This document shows, one piece after another, positions 23,201 through 32,200 of a DNA stretch of 64,000 bases. The number at the start of each line of letters is the position of its first letter. Within the stretch, counting starts at the first letter, position 1. This DNA comes from a virus, in the IMG/VR virus record IMGVR_UViG_3300033516_000084, positions 1 through 64,000 of that record; one strand, 5' to 3'. A program made the position numbers and the translations under genes. The notes beneath the pieces are model-generated. The model was not told where the DNA came from. It did no database searches and worked only from the letters and a program-made list of their open reading frames with translations.

Positions 23201-26200
23201 ACTCTGGTACTTTGTCCGGGGCGGGGGAATATGGAGTTAACGCATTTTTAGCGTTATTACCAACTGCCTCACCTTTGTCAGTAAGAGGCTTCCATCCGTT
23301 AGGTCCACCCACTGAGGCCATGCCTCCATCAGCAAACCCTTGGAAACCCTCTAGGGCTTTTAAGAGCATAGACTGGTCTGGCATTGACCCAGAGCTAAAC
23401 AGCTCAGGGAATGCTGTTTTGTACTTACCTAGAAGCCCTTCAATAATACTAGACTCCTCGGGGCTCAGAGTGCCAGCCTTGGCCTTAGCCTCTAAGGCTT
23501 TTAGCAGGTCACGATCTTTTAACACGTCACCTGTATTTGACGCTAGGCTGGGCTTCACATCTGGATTTTCGGGCGTACTCAGCTTTGGTAAGGCTATACC
23601 ACCAGTGGCAAACTGACTAGCCCTACTCGGGTCTTTTACATCAGACAATGGTACAGGTTTACCGTTCTCATCAACGGCTGTACCATAGGACTTTAGGGGT
23701 GGCATTACCTTGCCACCTGTAGCGTAATTTTTGACGCTGCTCTCTATACCCTCTTCTATGTCTGCTATCCTGAACTTTTGAGGACTGGCCGAGGAATGCC
23801 CTACAACAGTGGGGAGGTAGCCTTTCCACTTGTTGAGTATAGCCTCAGCTCTCAAAAAGTCACTTGCCTTTGGCTTTCTAGACGGTTGGAAAACCTGTTC
23901 CTTTAGAAAATTGAGTTCCTCACCATAGCTGGTGCCTCCATCGGCCCCACCGTACCATGACGCTTCACTCCTACTAACAAATCCCAGACTAGTACTCCCT
24001 GCCGGACCCTCAGACTGCCGTATGTGTTGGGCCACCATCGGCTGTACTGCTTCTATGTAGGCCTCTGCCCTTTTGAACACCGACATATCTACTGGCTTTT
24101 CTACCTCGGTATTCGCTGGTGCATCAGTACTACCCCCAGTGGCATAGTGCCCTACTTCTTCTGGGTCGGCAGCTCTTTGTGCATTCACCCTAGACTTCAT
24201 GGCCTCAAAGTCTTCCTTTAGCTCGGCTAGACGTTTATTTATAGCTATGGTGGGGTCTGGCCTAAAAGCAGCGCCAATATCCGAAAAATACACAGTCCTA
24301 GTAGCGGCCTTTGTTATCTCCTCCACCTCGTTATTATAAGTGTCCTGAAGTCTCTTATCAAAAGCGGCACGTGCTTGGTATATCTCATCTTTCTGGCCGG
24401 GGGTTAGGTCAACCTCTCCACCGGTAGCAAACTTACGTACCCTTCCACCGGCCAAAGCCGATGGTGCCATGCTACTGTTATTGATATTGTTAAAGAAGTT
24501 TGTACCGTATTTGGCTACCATGCGTGGGCTGATAACTATCTCACCCGGTGTGAGCATGGCAGATACCGGCCTAGCAGAGCCTCCACGGGCGTAATAGGCC
24601 ACTTCCTGGGGTTGTACTTGTCCACCTACAGCGTACCCAATAAATTGGTTTAGCAAGTTACTGCCGTACTTACCTACAGCAGAGTTTCTAAGTACAAATG
24701 AACCACTTTCTAACGTGCGTGGAACGGTGTCACCAAACCCGGAGCCGGGAACAACCCCGGTGGTCATACGTGGGAAGTTTACTGAACCTCCTCTAGCAAA
24801 CTCGGATGGGGCGCTACCAGACATACCTACCACATCTACACCAGACAACCCTGAGGATGAACTGGGGCCAGAGTACGTATTGGAGCCACTAGAACTACTA
24901 GAACTACTAGAACTAGACCCGCTACCAATGGCAGTAAGGCTACCACCAGTGTACTCAACCATGCCAGCCTCACCACCGGTCTTGTTGTCTTCTACCTTCA
25001 CTATGTGAATGGTGTGCGTCGAACTGGTGTTCATCCCACTCAGGGCATTGATATTTCCTGCGGCTTCACTAGCGTTGTCATTAACTTGGTGTTGGCTACT
25101 GGTGCTCAACCCACCCAAAGCAGACTGTACGGTGCTGACAACTTCACTAGAGTTCTCGGTAATGGTAAGGGTTGCTGACTCGTCTTCTACCGCTGTTAGC
25201 TTGGCAGGTGCAGCCTCTACCTGCGCCATATCAGCAACGCCGGTAAGGGTAACTGTCTTGTCTGGTACAGCATCCACTGATGCTTTAGCAGCCCAGGCCG
25301 GGGGTGACACGTTGTCCACAGCATCCAAGGATACGGAGGTGCCAGTCAATCCACTTACAGACCCCTGTGCAGTAGACACTACGGGGGACACATTATCCGT
25401 TCCATCCAGAGATACGGTGGTTCCGGTCAAACTAGATACCGCTCCCTGTGCTGTAGTAACGGTGGGTGATAGGTTATCCGTACCGTTTATGTCTGTATTG
25501 GTTTCTGTAGGTATGGCTTTTGCTGCATCTGCTGCTGCTATTGCCCCCTCCACTAGATCACCAGAGGCATTCATTTCCGTGGTTACTTCAGGTGGTATGT
25601 CGCGTAAGGCCGTGGTAGCCTCTTCTGCCTTATCAGGCACATCTGAGGTTGCGGCTATATCTACAGTTGCAAGGTCTGGAACCGCTTCCACGGCGGCGGT
25701 AGCAGCAGCAGCCACAGGCTCTACCGTTGAGGTAGCAGATATATCTACGGTCTCGGAATCCGGGATACTGCCCAAAGAGGTCACTACTGCTGGCACTACC
25801 TGCCCATCATTAGAAGACACGGTTACCGTAGCTGTGGTATCTGATTTTACCGTCCCAAGGGCGGCATTTACCGAGTCCACAGCAGGCCCTACAGCGGCTG
25901 TGTCAGGGATGATCGCTGGTGCTGCATCTTGAGCCGCACCCATTGCTGCATCAGATTCGGCAACTGCTGGCACTACAGCCGTAATATCCGGTGTGATAGC
26001 AGGGGATGCACCTTGCGCTGCTGTAACAGCCGCATTGGAGGCATCTACTGCCGGTTGTACAGCAGTGGTGTCTGGAACAATGTCAGGTGTTGCACCTTGG
26101 GCAGCACCAACAGCCGCATTGGAGGCATCTACTGCCGGTTGTACAGCAGTGGTATCTGGAATAATGTCAGGTGTCGCCCCTTGCGCTGCTGTAACTGCTG

Positions 26201-29200
26201 CATTGGAGGCATCTACGGCGGGTTGTACCCCGGTGGTATCTGGAATAATGTCAGGTGTTGCACCTTGGGCTGCTGTAACTGCTGCGTCAGAAGCGGCTAT
26301 AGCCGGTTGTACAGCCGTAGTATCAGGGATTATGTCAGGGGATGCACCCTGTGCAGCAGCTAATGCTGTATCTGAGGCGGCTACAGCCGGGGATACTGCA
26401 TCAGTATTTGGTGTGATGGCTGGTGTAGCCCCATGTGCAGCCGCAATGGTGGTGTCAGATGCGGTTACAGCCGGGGCAACACTATCAATGTTCGGTGTAA
26501 TGGCGGGCTCAGCTCCTTTTGCCGCACCCAAGGCGGTATCAGAGGACGTAACTGCTGGGCTTACCGCATCAATGTTCGGTGTAATAGCAGGGTCTGCGCC
26601 CTTGGCAGCACCCAAGGCGGTATCAGATGCGGCTACGGAGGGCTGAACTGCACTTGTATCGGGTGTAATAGCAGGGTCTGCGCCTTTTGCCGCATCCAAG
26701 GCAGTATCAGAAGCACTGACTGCTGCTGCCACACCAGAGGTGTCTGGTTCAATGGCAGGCTCTGCCCCCTTGGCCGCACCCATTGCGGTATCAGACGCTG
26801 CTACAGCCGGTCCAACAGCAGAATCATCAGGATTGATTTTGGGGGTTACATCAGGTACGCCAGTTACTGCTTCGGTAGAAGTCTGAGCTACTTCTGGGGC
26901 GTTGGTAGCAGTTTCAATTTTTACCGGGGTTATCGGGGGCATTGCCGCTAGGGCAGCATTCGACAGGTCTACTTTACCTGGAACATCAGATGCACCACTA
27001 ATTTTTGCCTCAGTCTCTACGGGGACGCTTGCTATAGCTAAGTTAGCCCCTGACGCAGCTTCCTCGGCTGATTTGGGGTTACCCATGAAGTCAGTATTTA
27101 TTTTCGTAGGAACACTAGCAGCCGCTACATTTGCCGCTTGTGCAACTGGTCCCATATTAGACGTTGCCGCTATATCAACCGGTACGGTGGGTTCTACAGT
27201 GGCTATATCCTTGTTTACACCGGCTATTGCCGGGGATACATCGTTGTCATCAACAGCCACTTTCGGTGTTGCGTCAGGTATTCCTTTAAGGGCGGTGTCA
27301 ATGGCCTTAGCCTGTTCTGGTGCGTCAGTAGTTACCGGGGCAGGAATCGGCATCTCAGCCGCCACATCCTTTTTCAGCTTCTTGGCGGTAGCTAGGGTAG
27401 CGTCTGCTACCTGTTTGGCGTTACCTTCTAGCGGGAACTGTGGTGACGGTTCAGAGGCTTTGGGTGCAATTGATTGCACAGGGGGCGTAACCGGATTGTA
27501 TTGACTAGGATTATTCTGGTCTTGGGGTACTGATTTTGAGGCTTTTAGATTATCCAAAACCGTTGGCTTATACCCATTGGCCTTAGCCTGTGCAGCCAAC
27601 GTCTGATTGTTCTTAGCCTCAGACGCATCTACCCTCATTTTTTCATCGTACCAGGTACCAAGGGCATCGGCAGGTGGGCGATTAACAGCATCAGCCATGC
27701 GCTCTGCCGGGCCTTTTGGCCCAACCTCTACGGGACCTCTACGGGGTCTACCAGCCTCATCATCACGCTGGTCTTGCGTAACTATAGGGGGTAGTGGCGC
27801 TGCTTCAGGTTTGGGCTTAGACAAGTCCATGGGCTTAGACAAGTCCACAGGCTTAGCATCTGCACTAGGACGTTGATTGGAGTACGTTACTTTTCCGTCG
27901 CTATCCACCACCTTAAAAATGGTCTTGGATGGGTCTTCAGCAGCCTTACTAGGTGTTTTATTTCCAGTCTGGTTATTTCTGTTGCTAGGGGATGAATCAC
28001 TTGCAGGTGGTACATACTTACCACTGTCCTGATGCATGGAAGGCATCCCTGTCCTAGACCCAGACTCACCAGGGGCAAGGCCAGTGGCATCAGGTGTGGG
28101 CTTGGGCTTAGGCTTGTTAACTGGGGTCTTGGCAAGGTCAGGGTTGGCCTTATCAGCAGCGGCGATCTTGGCAGCATTAGCGGCCTCTACCTCAGCGGGG
28201 GTTGGTCCATTAAGCTGTTTGAGGGCTTTAATAGAGGCAGCAATGGTATCCGCATCTTTTACATCCTGAGCGGCCTCTCTAGCCTTCCGGGACACCTCTT
28301 CGGGGGTAGGGGCAACGGGCTTTTTAGGCTCGGAAGGTTTTTTTAGCGGGAAATAGTCGTTTACATCTGAACTGGTCTCTGGCGCGTTAGGAGAATCTGG
28401 CTTTTTAGGCAGATTTGGCATAGGGAAGGTATCATCTATGCCACCTTTTGCCTCCCCAAGTTTTCTCCACCAATCTAGGGCAGATTGAACTTTGGAGATA
28501 AACCCATCTATGGGCATAGTATTAACAGACGGAGCTACAGTTTGCCCATTTATAGTGTTAATGGCAGAAGATGCCCCTTCTAGGCCCTTCTTAATCCCGG
28601 CAATGGCGGGTTCACCTTCTACTTTAACAATAGTGGTCTTCCCATTCACCGTATCTTGTTGTACGACCACTCCTTTAAGAGCCTTCTCAACAAGGTTGAC
28701 CTCTACCTCACCCTCTATGGTGGCCTTTATAGCTAAATCTTTTTTAGCCTGTGCCTCAAGGGCAACTAACTTGGCTTGAAGCGTATTTGTACGTTCTGTC
28801 GCTTGCTCGGTAGTGAGGCCAACTGGGACAGGCTTCTTTATCTCTTCCTGTATCAGCTTGATAGCCGCTAGGTCTGTATTTACCTTGTCGGTAATAACCA
28901 CCATGGCAGGGGTGTTTAGCATTGCCTTATCTAGGGCATCCTTAGCGTCCTTTACACTATTGACGTTTTTGAGAGCATCATTTACGTCCACCTTCACTAC
29001 CGTAAGAAGGCCTACAGCCCCCTGCATGGTGGTGCTCTGGGTAGTTATCTTATTGAGTTCATTAGTAGCTGTATCAATGCCTATCTTCAGTGAAAGCTCG
29101 GTAGCCAGAGCCATACCCAGCTCTTTTTGCTTTGTCTTTACCGTCTCTATAGCGGCTGAGGCGTTGGCACCGGATAGCTCCAGTTCCTTTTTAGCCTTTA

Positions 29201-32200
29201 CCGCATCGTCAAACTCTTTCTGCTTAACCATCACATCGGCCATTGCCAGCTTCAGGGCGCTGGTATCAACATTGATGGTTTTCTGTAGGTCAAGAGCTTT
29301 ATCCAGCGACTCTTTTGCAGTTTTTGCTGCATCTATGGTGGCAATAGCCTCTTTAGAGCCGACTACTAACTTCTTCTCCTTCTCTAACAAGGCCTTGAGG
29401 TTGGCATCAGCCGCTTTGACTGCCTCTATAGCGGTTTGAGTTGCAGCAGTTTCTGCTTTAATGGTTACCGTGCCGCCTTTTTCCAGGTCTAGCACTTTGG
29501 CCTTCAGACCAGTGACACTAGCTTCTACGTCCTTGGCGTTATCCTTGATGGTAAGCTCAATGGCTTTCATCTTAGCCGTTTCTTCAATGGCAAGGGTAAC
29601 AGCCCTAACATCCTTGAGTGCTTGCGCGGCACTCACACGCATCTCCATTGGTAGGGACAAGTCAGTACGTATATTGTCTAGCGCAGCTTCAACCGCAGTC
29701 ACAACAGGGTGTAACTTGAAGGGTCCACCTTTCTCCACATCAGCCCGCATTACATTCAGGGCCTCAGTAGCCTCATCAACTTTCAGCTTGACTGACTTGA
29801 CGTACTCTTGCTTCCCCAGCAAAGCCTGTAGGTCTTTGGCTTTCTGCATCGCATCCGCAGAGTTCAGGGAGATATTGCCTTTAATACCGGACTCTAAGGA
29901 AGTTCTAAGTTCTTTTAGTTTATCAACCACCCCGGCAGACATGCTCCTCATCTGAGATAAGTTACCAATAACAGTATTTAGACCGGAATTGATACTGGAG
30001 TTGGAATTAGCATAAGCTGTAGCCAATGCGGCGGCACCTTCTGCTACGGCATCTCCTCCACGTCTAGCGCCATCCGTTGCAGCGACTATCACTTTACCGT
30101 TTTCAGAATACCCTGCGGTCAAGGTCTGGGCTAGAGAGGTTACATCACCGTACAACTTCTCAGCTACCTTAGTATCCCCTTTAGCCGCAGCAGCCACCAA
30201 CTCTGACTGCTTCTTAGCCAAATCAGACACATTAGCGTAATACTTTTCAGCATCCTTCATCGCCCCTTTTTCCATACTACGGATAAGGTCTGCTGACGAC
30301 ATTTTTAATTGTTTTACCGCCTCATCATTGCTCTTGATTTGGTTTAGTAACTCGGCCTCTTTAGCCATTAAGGCGTTTATGTACTGGTCGTAGCTGGCTT
30401 TACGGGACTCCAAGGCCGTTATCTTGTCCTGCGTGGTCTTGGAGTTGAAGTCGTTAAGCAGGTTTTTCTTCTTGAGTGCCAAGTCAGCAATCTGCTGGTC
30501 GTGGGTGGCCTGAGAGGTAAGTTTCTTACCCAGGGCCTCGCCTACCTTAATCTCCTCTTGGGTTAGAGCAGCAAGTTTTACGTCTAACGCTGACTTAGCA
30601 GCAGCAGCGGCTTTTGCGTCAAATCCGGCCTGTGCGTCTGCGCCTTTAGTCAGTGCCGCAATTTTATCGTTCTCACAGTTTATGAAGGATTCCAACTTCC
30701 TCTTATCAGCCTCTGTCGCACTCGTAGCAGACGCTGTTATTTTTGCGTCCTGTTGTTTGTAGTATGCCTCTATCTCGGATAGGGCAGTTTTTGTAAAGTC
30801 CCCTGCCAGTTTACTAAGCTGCTCAAAACCTTTGCTCATAGCACCATAGGAGGCCTCGGCCTGTGCTGCGGTCTTGCCGACTGTCTCATTGATCAGCTTT
30901 AGCTGGGTGTCCAAGGCCTTGGCTACTGGCTCAAGAGCTTCTATGGCCTTACCTACGGCAATATATTCTGGGGACATTTGCCGTAGTTTTATAATCATCT
31001 GGTCGGTAGCCACCACGATTGCATCAGAGGATATTTTCCCTTCTGACCCTAATCGTACTACCGAACCTATGAGAATATCCCACTCGTTCTTAGTGCTTAC
31101 GGCCTTTAGCTGGGCCGCAAATACTTCGTCAAACTTCTGTGCCAGTTGAACGGAGGCTATCGCTGCTTGTTGTATAGCCTCACCACCTGCCTTTAGTTCA
31201 CCAATGTTGAGTAGGTTGTTACCCTTCTCCCGGACAGCATCTACGGCCTTACCCAGCCCTTCGAGCATGGACACATTTTTTGTCTGGTCCAGGGCTTTCT
31301 CAAAGTACAGAGAGAAAGTGTTGCCGGTGGCCAGCACACTACCTGCAATTGTTTCCAGGCTAGCAACGATGGCGGCTGACTTGGCTTCAACCCCTGTTTT
31401 AAGCTCGGACATGTTAGAGCCCATGCCCTTCATAGCCTCATCAAACTTGGTTTGTAGGATGGCACCTACAGCAGACACTGCTTTAGAAAACTCAAATACC
31501 TCTTTGGTAGTAAGTTTAGTTGTTGCGGCTATAACTTTTTGGGAGTTATCCAACTGCAACATCTTAACGGACGCAAGTGAGGCAGATATTGCACCATCCG
31601 ATACGGCACGTTGTAACTGGTTTGTTTGGTCGGTCAAATCTTTTATATTGGTACCAGTACCAATCGTATCTACAGACTTTTTAACTTCTGCCGCTTTCAC
31701 CTTCAGTGCTTCCATTGCACTAACGATGTTCTGGAATTGTTTTGGAAGCACTACCCCGGCAGACATGGCGGTAGTTATCAGCTTTTCTAGGTCTTCCTTA
31801 GATAGCTTAGTCTGGGTGATAAGTTTTACGGTCTGATCGGTTACCAAGGTGTTGGCTTTAGCCAGGTCCTGGAACGTCAGGGAGTTGCGAACCGTTGCCT
31901 CCTGTAGCAGGGCCATCTCCTTGGTAAGCATGACGATATTGCCAGCCTTACCAAAATCGCCCAAGACAATGGTAGCCTGTTGAACCGCTCCCATGAACTT
32001 CATGGTAGCAGAGTTACCCTCTGCCATATTTTGGATTATCTTCTCACCACGATCTATGATATTGTTACCGGCTAACTTCCATTTATCACCAACCTCCTGA
32101 ATAGAGGCCCCAATATCACCAAGTCCGGGTACTAGCCCGATAAAGTACCCAAAAACCTTAATAACGTCACCCATAACGTCAATAACTGCCCCAAAAACCG

